The notes beneath the pieces were generated by a model. That model saw only the letters and a list, made by a program, of their open reading frames with translations, was not told where the DNA came from and searched no databases. The position numbers and the translations under genes were made by a program. A stretch of DNA of 64,000 nt, taken from assembly GCA_016748015.1 (NCBI GenBank), contig JAAOMT010000484.1, positions 71,443 to 135,442 of the forward strand, in the 5' to 3' direction. The DNA is from Geosiphon pyriformis uo1 (lineage: Eukaryota; Fungi; Glomeromycota). Below are positions 39,896-51,211 of this stretch, in pieces (position 1 is the first letter of the stretch; each line of letters begins with the position of its first letter).

Positions 39896-42800
39896 AAGGA
39901 GGGGATAATGTTATGGNNNNNNNNNNNNNNNNNNNNCAAGAAACCTTTAAAAATCAAAAAAAAAATGAAAAAGAATATTTAAAACGGAACTATCACAACC
40001 CAAAGTATTAAGAAACTTACTTGTATTATTTATTGAATGAAACTATTATTCATCAACTGAATCCCTTGGAAGAATAATCCTTGATCAAAATTATTCACGT
40101 TGTTACTAATTGATAAAAGCTTTATTGTGAGAATTAGAAAAGCACTAAAGACTATTAACATTCTGTGTTTCTAGATTAGAGAAACACATCAGACAATTGC
40201 AAGAATAGCCTCAGAGAAGACCCCAGACAGTGGGTAGATTTCAGTTCAGCCTCTGAGAAGGAGTACATAAACACACACAACAATCAAGAATTAAAGAATA
40301 ACTTACATCGCAACAGTAAAAAAAAAGCCTTCAATGTAACAGTGACATTATCACACAAATAGAATTAAGGAACTCATGAAAGACTGATTGCAATTAAAGC
40401 GGGATATCAGCAATTAAATATAACAAGAAAACCATCCTGTAACACCAGTAACACCTCACCCATTAACTAGATCATAGTTTACCAAGATATCACTAAATTG
40501 GAAAAATTTTCTGGTGAAGAAGATAATGCATATTCTTAGATTGTGGATGCCAAAAAAGCCATTACTGCTAACAGTTGAGATAATGATCATACAATTCAGA
40601 CACTGACATTTTTTCTGACTGGAACTGTTGATTTGTAGTACCAGAATCTTGCAGAGAAGTCTACCTTCTTTACAGAGTTTAAACTCGCATTTCTGCAATA
40701 CTTCTGTGATCTTAATACACTCATCTAATTGCAAAATCAATTCAGTATAATAAAACAAAATGACCATAAAGCAGTAACTACTTATTTTAGAAGATTCAAT
40801 CAGGTCCTTCAACAAATTCTAGCCATTAAGCAGAATTATTATACCACAATGCAAGTCCTTAATCAATTCATTAAAAAACTAAAGAGCAGTTTTCTAAGGT
40901 TCATATGACCTCGCCATCTGGCAAACCTACAAGAAACAGTCACTTTTACTCGTGATTTTGAGTCTGCAGAACAAGAAGCAAATCATATCCAAGCCATTAA
41001 TTTAGCCATCAATGGAACCTCTGATATTGACACAAAAATAATCCAATTAAGTGAAAAATTAACTCAGAAAATTGAGAGATTCTTAGCCAGAACTGCAGAA
41101 ACTTACCAACAACTACAATGGAGAGAAAGTAATAACAACAGCAGATACTCACAGCAACAAAACTGTCAGCAACAGCAACAACCTTGAAGGTCCAATTTCC
41201 ACAACTGTTACTACTGCCAGAAATCTGAATACATTGCTCATAACTGCAGAAAGAAGATAATAGACCAAAATCAAGGAAATCAATACCAGCAACCAAGATA
41301 TCAGCAAAACATAGTGTCCCAATATTTTATATCTTAAAATCAACCACTCTAGTATGCACAACAAGTTCCGTATGTTCAACTACTGCTCCAGAATTATTAT
41401 CAATCATTGCCAATGACACAAGCCATCCCTCACTATCAAACTTTCTTCTATAGCCAGTCCAGATCTTGAGCTATAGACTATAATCAGGAATAGAGAAATC
41501 CCAATAATAATCAAGTGCAAACCAATAGTAGACCATCTTGACCAATTCTTTGTGGTTCTATCCAATCTCAACCAGCACCAACTGGATATCCAAATAAGCT
41601 TTCTATCTTGGTCTCATGGAAGACCAGAGTTTTAATAAATCTACACCTGTAGAAGGGAAGAATATAGAACAAATTTCTTCACCTTTCAAGCAAGCAAAAA
41701 GCAATATCCCACCAGCCATTATTACCAAAAACACCACTTTAGCCACCATCTTTTCTTTTGACATTGATATTTAAACACCCATAGCCTTTTTAGTGGAGCA
41801 GCCATTAATCAGAATAAACCAATAACGGCCCTATACACTGATGCCAGAGTTGGGGGAATAGATATTAAATTAATCCTGAATAGTGGATCAGCCAGTAGCA
41901 TAATTATGAAGCAGCTTATGGACCAACTAGGTCGCTGAATAGATTATGCTGTTATTGTCCAGATTATTACAGCAGATGGAAACACAAAAACCCCAATAAG
42001 AAAAATTGACAACTTCCTCTTCAAGATTAATGGAATCCAAATTCCTACCAAAGTACTTATCATAGAAACTACTCAATATCAAGCTCTGGTAGGAAATGAT
42101 TGGCTGTTAAAAACCAACGCTACACTTAACTGGAACACCCAAGAACTTCAACTCATGTTTAATAGACAGCATGCCCAAGTCCCAGCTATATGGGGACACT
42201 TTAAAATCCAATATACCAAAGAACTCCTTATTTAATTCGAAGACATATCACTACCACCGACCATTAAAATCTATCAGGTTTCATGGGCAGACAATTATCA
42301 AACTGAACTATCTTCACCACAATCTGGAAAGAAAAAGAAAAAGGCAGAGCCAAAAAAGAACCCCAATTGTCCTTACTAAGATATGTAACCTCAGACCAAA
42401 GAAATTTATTTTACCAACCTCCAAAACTAATATGTATTGATTGTAGAAAAAAGCTATCTACAATGGACGCATGTATCAGGTACAATGAAAAATAGCCCAC
42501 TGCCACCAAATACTACTGCAGACCTTGTTTACTTAAAAGATTTGGATGACTGAAATAACAAGGCAAGTAAGACAACACGCCATGTATTATATGTGGCAAG
42601 GTCCTATCTGATGAAGAACTCTGGAATAATGTGCCTAGCAGAGAAGAAACATGCGACAAAGCTTTGTCAATACACCATATTAATCAATGATTGGGTATGA
42701 AAAGGAACTCTCATTGAGAACACTTGGAAATGAGTACTCAATAGGCTAGACAGTTACTCACACAATGATCATAAAATTTGAAAAATGACAAGCACCAAAG

Positions 42801-43348
42801 CCAAAGATGCCATGCCTAAAGAAATACAAAAAATCAAGAACAACTCTTGGACACCCAAATATAATGGACCCAACTATCCCACAAATGATTTCATCACTGA
42901 TGACCTTAATTCATTTAGAACTGATATCAAGAATTGGTCCCAACCCGAAAAGAGCAAAAACAGTGACTAGTTGATTTAAATACCAAACTATATAATTACT
43001 GCTTAATTTTTTGCCACTTCCAATACTGTGACAAGTGTGATCTCATGTTCAATCCACCTCCCAGAATCCTATATCCAATCACCAAATTACTTGAGCCTGA
43101 GGAAGAAAAGGAATTACTTATCAGAGACATGTTATTTCAAGAGCCGAATCTGACTACCAAAATAGAATAATACTTTGTATATTCCAATCTTTCTAAAGAA
43201 TTCAAATTAAAATAATACAGTGACAACAACAAAGGAATATGCCCAAAAAAAACACATGAGACTGATGCAAATTTTGATTTAAGATACTTTGGACAATCAC
43301 CCATAGTTATAGTTTCACATTCCTTAGTAAAAATAAATCTCAAAATAG

Positions 43349-44170
43349 TGTTATGATTGAAACACATAGTTTTTATTAATTATCATATGTATTAGCCACT
43401 GATGTCATATAATTAGCCACCTTATTTTTAGATATTGATCATTGACCTGATCAATGACCTGACTGTTGACCTGATCAATGACCTGACTGTTGACCTGATC
43501 ATTGACCTGATTATTGACCTGATCAATGACCTGATCATTGACCTGATCAATGACCTGATCATTGACCTGATCATTGACCTGATCAATGACCTGATCATTG
43601 ACCTGATCGTTGACCTGATCATTAACCTGATTGTTGACCTGGTTGTTAACCACTTTAGATAGCTATATAAGCGATGATTCCCTTAGCTGTAGAAAGATAT
43701 GATCAAAGTAACAAAATAAACAATATTAATTACTTCCTCTCATAATTGCTTATTCTCTTTTCCTTACCTTCAAGTATCTACTTGTTGGCATTCACATACC
43801 TTATCTTTTCCCCTTCTTGATTTGTATTTGTTAGAATTAGCCTGAGAAGCAATTGGCTTGCTCTTGTAATTCATTGAATAAAAAAATGATTGAAAAGTAC
43901 AACAATACCTGTTATTGATTTTAAGAATCGCTGAATTGAGACATAGAATAATAGCAGTGGTGTTATCTTGTTGACAATCACAGACTATTCCTCTACCTTC
44001 AGATTTAAGAAAAAATTAGCGACTGTGATTTTTATGAGACTGATCACACACATTGAATTCCTACTTATTCAATTCACTCTCTTATTGTAATTCCTTTTTT
44101 GTTTATTTCCATCACCATACAATACTGTTCTCCCTTGCTATTCGTTAGCTTGTTACTCCAACCCATAACA
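43349..44170 (+). repeat. 5' LTR of A (822 bp)
   Basis: TGTTA...TAACA; TATA (gctatataagc) at ~43662. Confidence 0.95.
43436..43651. repeat. 12-bp tandem array (TTGACCTGATCA-type, ~17-18 units) in the A LTR, upstream of the TATA box
   Basis: Directly visible; it explains the spurious repetitive ORFs at 43405-43662. Confidence 0.95.
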
Positions 44171-44176
44171 TAAAAG

Positions 44177-44193
44177 TGGTGCTCCCTGTGAGG
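44177..44193 (+). promoter_or_regulatory. Primer-binding site of A (TGGTGCTCCCTGTGAGG)
   Basis: TGG-initiated, 6 nt after the LTR; complementary to a ...CCUCACAGGGAGCACCA 3' end, resembling elongator Met or Ile(UAU) tRNAs. Confidence 0.7.
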
Positions 44194-44222
44194 TTGTCAA
44201 AATTCACTTATTCCCTCATTGT

Positions 44223-47200
44223 ATGAGTGATTACTCATATCTGCCACAGCAATCAGAAGAACACTTTGCAGCACACAACAGAAACGACCAAAGTTTCATT
44301 AAACTTAATCCTCTGCCCTCCTGCTTGATCTGCTTCCCCCTTGAAAAACAATCCAGTAGACAATTCTAAGACTTTTGGAACTGGTTCCTAAACAAGCATT
44401 CAGCTGAAACCTACACAGCTTATACAACCTATTACTTTGACCAAGCTTATTTTGAAAATGACTTTGAAGAAAGAAACAACAGTATCAATCAGCTCTTATA
44501 TTCTGCAACCTTTGAACAACAGCCCCCTGATTTCGAATATCTGAATCATCAAATCCACATTTGGATTGCTGTCCATCAAGCAACTGAAACTCCCTTTGAA
44601 ACAGAAGAAGAAAGCTACCAAACTGCCCCTGTTTTTGATCTTTTATCAAACAAATTAGACTCGTCTACACAAACAGTTACCTCTGAACCAATGGCTAATG
44701 ACCCCATGCAAGCAAACATTCTGGCCACCCTCCAAGGTATACAAACTGCTCTAGGGTGAAGAAACAACACCCCAATACCATTATTTAGAGATGATGCACA
44801 AGATCCAATTGAATGGTTGGATGACTTTGAAAGAGCCACTACAGCCAATCAATATGATGATAAGTACAAGTTCCAAATTGTTGGTGGCTATCTTCAAAGA
44901 TCCTCTGCTACCTGGTTCTCACAAAAAACAGATGCCAATGCCCAGCAAAGAATTGTTAGATGGACACCAGCAAATGTGGGAGAAATCAACACTTCTTTCA
45001 CTACCCAGTTTGAGGCCAAGTTCAGAACCCCAATATTAATATCCAAATGGCACATGGAATTGGAAAGAAGAATCCAAGGCTCTGGAGAAGTAGTGACTAA
45101 ATATGCCAAAGCTATTAGAAAGCTAATCAAATGTGTAGACTTTTGGAGAAATTGGACAGAAGAGCAGAAAATTCACTTCTTCACAAAAAGATTGAGAACT
45201 GATCTATCATATGCTCTTTGGCCCCTCCTGGCCCTGAAAGATAATCCCACCATGGATATGGCCATTGAATTAGCACAAAGAATTGAAGACAACCAAAGGA
45301 TGCACTTGGGATCCACACTACCAGTTTTTGCTCCTGTTTTTGTCATGGCTCCTGCCCTTCAAATGGCTGCTACTTCTTTTGCCACTCATACTCAAGATCC
45401 AAATGAACAATTAATAGACAGACTCACAGCAAATCTTGCTCGGTTATTAAAACCCTTAGCCCAAGCAGTCAGAGAAAATCAGCAACCACAAAAACCCAGA
45501 TTTGAACCACGCTTCAATCAGCCCCAGCAACCATCTTATCAAAGACAACAAAATCGTAACCCACCTGTATGCTATCACTGTGGATTAACTGGACACTTTT
45601 CAAGAGATTGCAACAATTTTCCACTGCCTCCACCAGTTTCCAGAAACAATAATGCTCAGAACAACAGGATCAACAACAACAATGTGCCCAACCAAAGACC
45701 CAATCATGCCAACATCAATTTCTTTGGAGAGGATCCCCTAGTTGAAGCCACTGTTTATTAGTCTTTAAACTGGTAGGTGCACCTCCAAAGGGTGAAAGTG
45801 CAAGCCAACCAGAAGAAAACCCCTTTTATGCTATTAACTTAACTTAACTGATGATGACCATAACATGGATGAATTAGCAATTAACCCCTCTGAATCCACA
45901 AGAAAGAAGAAGAAAGCCAAAGTTGATTTCGTTCTAGACCCCAATAAAGCTTCTACATCAACTGCTAACAACAATGAGCCCCCAAAAGCCAAAGTTTTCA
46001 AGAACTCTTCAAAGTTAAAACCCCCAGAAATAGTACAAAAATCCGGTCCCTATTCTGTTGTTAAAGACCTTATGGAAACCCCAGTACATATAACCTTTGG
46101 CCAATTGATGACCCATCCACAATTCAGAAAAGATCTTTGCAAATCTTTGATTCCAAAAAAAAAGACACCCAAAACCAACAAACACCCTCACCAAGCTGGA
46201 CTTGCTGACAATAGCAATGTTACTCCTCTAATTTGTAAAACCCAAGTGGCTGGCTACTTCATCGATTTGATCCTAGACAGTGGATCATCTGTTAGTGTTA
46301 TTGCCAAACACTTTCTTGAAGCAATTGGCAGAAAAATTGATGAACCATCCACATGACCAATGACCAATGTGCATGGTAATAAGAAAAAAGGGCTTGGCAT
46401 AGCCAAAACTATTCCTGTCCGCATCAATAGCATCAGCATTGAAACTGATATGGAAGTGTTTGAAGCAAAAGAATACACTATCATTGTTGGCAATGAATGG
46501 CTCAAGAAAACAAAGGCTTTGCTTGATTATGAACTCTGTGAACTAACCATCAGATGTGGTGAGAAACCCATTGTGGTTAAGTGTTGCTATTGGACAACTC
46601 TCCCAGTACCCAAGCAGAGCCCAGAAGAAAATGAATCAGATAAATCAGATAATGAAGAAAGTGAGGAAGAAGAAGAACAAGAAGAACAAGAAGAATCTGC
46701 TAAACTCACCTATACCATCTTCACTAGCAATGGCAAATGTCAAGGCAGATAAAGAAGGAATTATTGTTAATGGCAAGCTGATCTGCTGGTCTTATTATAA
46801 CATGCTCAGAAGAACCTTTGACAGAAAGCCAGGCAAGAAAGCCAAATACAGTTATTGGTGGCATGGTCCTTGTGCCCGGTGCTGGTGCGACAAACCATTG
46901 TATTCTCCTAGCAATGAATGCATGTCCTGCCTAATCTATTACAAAGATTGGGAACCAATCAGCTTGATACCCCAAGAGGAAATAAAAGAAGTCCAAAAGT
47001 CTTTTGAAAACAAACCACCTGAAATCCAATTACTGGTTGTAGAACAAAAAGAACTCTCTTCAGAAGAAAGAAAAGTAGACATTGAAAACCTGCTGGCTAG
47101 AAACAGCTCAGTTATCTCAAAAGAAAGTAAACCTCCTGGACGTACACATGTGATACAACACACCATCATCACCAGAGAAACTCGCCCCATCCATTTGAAG

Positions 47201-48451
47201 CCCTATCAATCCAACCAGCACAATGATGAGTTTATTAAAAAGGAAATAACCCAAATAAAAACTCTTGGATTCATACAGGAAACCAAGAGTGAATGGGCAT
47301 TCCCAGTTGTAGTGGTATCCAAGAAAGGAGGAACTCTATGCTTTTGTGTTGACTATTGCCAATTAAATGCCATTACTGAAAGAGACATGTACCCACTTCT
47401 CAAGATTGATGCAATGCTAGACCAATTCTATGGTGCTGCTTTCTTCTCAACCATTGACTTAACTGCTGGATTTTGGCAAGTAGAGATGGATCCAGAAAGC
47501 AGAAAGAAAACTGCCTTTATCACCAAGTATGGTACCTACAAATTCACAGTTATGCCTTTTGGTCTCACAAATGCTTCTCCCACATTTCAACACTTAATGG
47601 ACAAAGTATTTGAATCAGTAAAAGAAAACTTTGTTCTAGTCTACTTGAACAACATAATGGTATACTCAAAAACCTGGGATGAACACCTTGAACATTTGCA
47701 AAAGGTTTTTGACCTCCTTAGAAATGCTGGTCTCAAGATCAATCTAATTAAATCATTCTTTGGATGTCAATCCACCCAGTTCCTTGGCCATCTTATTACA
47801 AAAAATGGAATCTTCTCTGATCCAGCCAAAATTGAAAAAGTTCAAAACATTAGACAACCAATGAATGTTCATGAACTACGCTCTTTTCTTGGTTTGGCCT
47901 CTTATTATCGCAAGTTTGTCAAGGATTTCTCCAAAATCGCTGCTCCTCTTAATCAGCTACTTAGGAAAAACATCAATTATCACTGGGGTACTCATCAACA
48001 AAAAGCATTTGAAATTCTGAAGGAAAAACTGGTTACAGAACCCATCCTCATGCAACCTAATTTGGATCAACTTTTTATCCTCCACACTGATGCATTTGGC
48101 TATAGACTTGGTGCTGTTCTTTCTCAGAAAGACAAAGATGGCAGGGAACATGCCATAGCATATGCCAGTAGAACTCTCACACCAGCAGAAAAAAACTACT
48201 CAGTCACTGAGCAAGAATGCTTAGCAGTAGTTTGGGTTACCAGCTACTGGGACAAATATCTTAAGGGTGTAAAATTTTTGGTGGTAACAAATCACCAAGC
48301 TTTGGTTTGGCTATGCAACAAAAGAAACCTGGAACATAAATGGATAACTCACTAGATACTACACTTGGATGAATTCGACTATGACATTCAATACTGCAAA
48401 GGAGCTAATCATCAAAATGCTGATACTCTCTCCAGACTTACCATCCAGTGA
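44223..48451 (+). pseudogene. Element A gag and pol (PR-RT-RNaseH), with stops and frameshifts
   Basis: CYHCGLTGHFSRDC knuckle, LILDSGS, FCVDYCQLN, GFWQV, YLNN (decayed YLDD), HTDAFG, ends NADTLSRLTIQ then TGA TAG TAA. Confidence 0.92.
45764..45770 (+). promoter_or_regulatory. Putative -1 ribosomal frameshift slippery heptamer T TTA AAC at the gag/pol junction of A
   Basis: Correct X XXY YYZ phase in the gag frame; the -1 frame opens into LVGAPPKGESASQPEENPFY; GC-rich inverted repeat follows. Confidence 0.6.
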
Positions 48452-48516
48452 TAGTAAAACCCTCTCAAACCAAACCAACTTAATTATTTGTAACTCCCCT
48501 ACAAACAAACACGATA

Positions 48517-49770
48517 ATGAACTTGGACAACTACTCTGCTTTAATGAAATTTTTGGGTAAAGGACAATACCTGCTGGACTATACTTGACAGCAAAGAGAA
48601 CATTTGCACAAACAATCAAATTTCTATTTGATTCGCCAGAACCAGTTATATAAAAGAAATAGAAAAGATCCTGACTGCCCCCAGAGAGTCATTAAATTTG
48701 AAGAAAAAGAAATTGTGATCTACAATATGCACACTGATCCATTAGCTGAACACTTTGGAAAAACAAAAACAATTCAGAAAACTTTAGCTCACTATTATTG
48801 GCCTACCTTGGGAAAAGACATTGCTGAATACATTAAAACCTGTGATATCTGCCAAAGAAGAGGAAAACCCAATTGCAAGGAAGATATCCATCCAATCTCT
48901 GTTGGTCAACCATTTGATAGAATTGGTATAGATGTTGTTGGACCTTTAACAGTAACTCCTGATGGCAACAGATATATTATCACAGCTACCAACTATCTTA
49001 CAAAGTGGGTAGAAGCAAGAGCCACTCCAGATCAAACAGCAGTTTCAATTGCTAATTTCATTTATAAAAATATTATCTGTTGCCACAGCTGCCCCAAAGA
49101 ACTTTTATCTGATAGAGGAAGAGCTTTTATCAGTACACTGATTGAAGAACTTTGCAGAAAAATGGGAATACGTCATAAACTCTCTTCCCCTTATCACCCC
49201 CAAACAAATGGCCTAGTGGAATGTTTCAATAAAACACTATGTGAAACCCTAGCCAAAACCAGTAAAGAAACCAACCTATAGGACAAAGTATTGCCTTTAG
49301 CCTTGTTTGCTTACAGAACTGTGAATCATGACATAACAAGTTATGAACCCTTTTATCTGCTCTATGGACGAATGACAACTCTACTAATAGAAATGGATAT
49401 AGAAACAATACCTTTTGAAGAAATAACAATAGGAGATTACAAGGACATTTTGCAAAGAAGACTTGGTACCATTCTTGACTCATTGGTAGAAGCACGGATA
49501 ATTGCCTTTGAAAAGATAAAACAGTTCCAAGAGAAGCTCAAAAAGAAAAAGACCTATAAAACACTTTTCTTAAGTGTTGGTGACTTAGTTTTAAAATACC
49601 GTTCAAACAGAGACAATATCTATGATGATAAATTCTCTAGCCAGTGGAAAGGACTCTTTATAGTCAACAAAGTTTTGAACAATGGTTCTTATATCTTACA
49701 AGATCAATATGAAACAATCTTCAATGATCACCCTGTTTATGGCACACGACTCAAAAAATATCACAAATGA
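48517..49770 (+). pseudogene. Element A integrase, separate ORF with its own ATG (two internal stops)
   Basis: HHCC finger, GIDVVGP, SDRGRAF, PYHPQTNGLVE, WKGLF (GPF-type) module. Confidence 0.92.
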
Positions 49771-49871
49771 CTTGATTGGTTACCTGTTGTGGTAATACCA
49801 ACCCAAATGATCAACAAAAATTAGATATAAATAAATGCACCATTCCCAAAACAGAGGTATCTTCAATCGAC

Positions 49872-50528
49872 ATGAACAATTATTTCCTGGATCAAAACAT
49901 TCAAAACGCTTTCTATACTTTCCATGAGTACTGGATCAAGAACTATCCAAATGCTACTCTGATTATTGGAAAACAAACCACTATAACAGACAACAGAGGA
50001 ACTCACACTGTTATTAGACCAAAGAAAACAACTACCAGAAGAGAAAAAATTGGTGGCAAAATGGATAAATACCTGCTGGAAAGCATAACAGCAGCGATAC
50101 TTTCACCTTTCAGCACAATTAGAAAAACAATACAAGAAATCTTTCCCATAGACAAAAACTTGTCATATGGAAGACAACTAGAACTCTATGGTCGTCTTAG
50201 TAAAATCATAGAAAACATGAAGCTCATGAAGAAAACAACTTCAGAGATACAAGTGGAAATTTTGGGCATTATACAATTAGATGTCCCAAGAGTTTTGATC
50301 ATTGCTAAAAGAGCCAGAACTCTAATACAAAGATTTGGTCTCTTGGATACAAAGCTTATTTCGCCTCAAGTACTATATACTCTATCCACAAAAGACTTCA
50401 ACAAACTAGTTAGTTTTGAGTTAGACAAAACCCTTCACATAGACTATCCCATAAATAGTTTGATTTCGCTGGAGCTCAATCTCTTTGAAGAGGATGATGT
50501 TATGGTTAAAACACATAGTTTTTATTAA
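49872..50528 (+). CDS. Element A ORF3 (218 aa, unknown function), running over the PPT into the 3' LTR
   Basis: Stop-free ORF after integrase; a decayed copy is present in A2 (~5817-6470). Confidence 0.7.
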   Translation: MNNYFLDQNIQNAFYTFHEYWIKNYPNATLIIGKQTTITDNRGTHTVIRPKKTTTRREKIGGKMDKYLLESITAAILSPFSTIRKTIQEIFPIDKNLSYGRQLELYGRLSKIIENMKLMKKTTSEIQVEILGIIQLDVPRVLIIAKRARTLIQRFGLLDTKLISPQVLYTLSTKDFNKLVSFELDKTLHIDYPINSLISLELNLFEEDDVMVKTHSFY

Positions 50529-51211
50529 TTATCACATGTATTAGCCACTGATATCATATAATTAGCCACCCTATTTTTAGATATTGATCATTGATCTGAT
50601 CAATGACCTGACCATTGACCTGATCATTGACCTGATCATTGACCTGATCAATGACCTAATTATTGACCTGATCATTGACCTGGTCATTGACTACTTTAGA
50701 TAGCTATATAAGCGATAATTCCCTTAGCTGTAGAAAGACATGATCAAAGTAATAAAATAAACAATATCAATTACTTCCTCTCATAATCACTTATTCTCCT
50801 TTCCTTATCTTCAAGTATCTACTTGTTGGTATTCACATACCTTATCTTTTCCCCTTCTTGATTTGTATTTATTAGAATTAGCCTGAGAAGCAATTGGCTT
50901 GCTTTTGTAATTCATTGAATAAAGAAACAATTGAAAAGTACAACGATACCTGTTATTGATTCTAAGAATTGCCGAGTTGAGACATAGAATAATAGCAGTG
51001 GTGTTATCTTGTTGACAATCACGGACTATTCCTCTACCTTCAAATTTAAGAAAAGATTAGCGACTGTAATTTTTATGAGACTGATCATGCACATTGAATT
51101 CTTACTTATTCAATTTGCTCCCTTATTGTAATTTCTTCTTTGTTTATTTCCATTACCATACAATACTGTTCTTTCTTGCTATCTGTTAGCTTGTTACTCC
51201 AACCCGTAACA
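50498..51211 (+). repeat. 3' LTR of A (714 bp)
   Basis: Matches the 5' LTR but is 108 bp (nine 12-bp units) shorter. Confidence 0.95.

Larger units (their letters stand above)
30035..40444 (+). mobile_element. Element D: dUTPase-carrying Gypsy retrotransposon (LTRs 30035-31135 and 39909-40444), gapped assembly
   Basis: Paired LTRs, PBS tggtgaaccctacg, PPT gaaaggagggga, gag/PR/dUTPase/RT/RNaseH/IN/ORF3. Flanks ACGT and CCAG do not match. Confidence 0.9.
43349..51211 (+). mobile_element. Element A: full-length Gypsy retrotransposon without dUTPase, inserted in the dUTPase of B
   Basis: LTRs 43349-44170 and 50498-51211, ATAG/ATAG TSD, PBS, PPT gaagaggatga, all domains present. Confidence 0.95.

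Noticed and set aside
43405-43662. Three overlapping repetitive ORFs (DQVN, IRSM, IDL repeats); CRISPR-like appearance
   Set aside because: They are translations of the 12-bp LTR array; there are no spacers or cas genes and the context is eukaryotic.
49776-50528. Calling ORF3 an env gene
   Set aside because: No visible signal peptide, fusion peptide or transmembrane anchor, and it is short; only its position is env-like.
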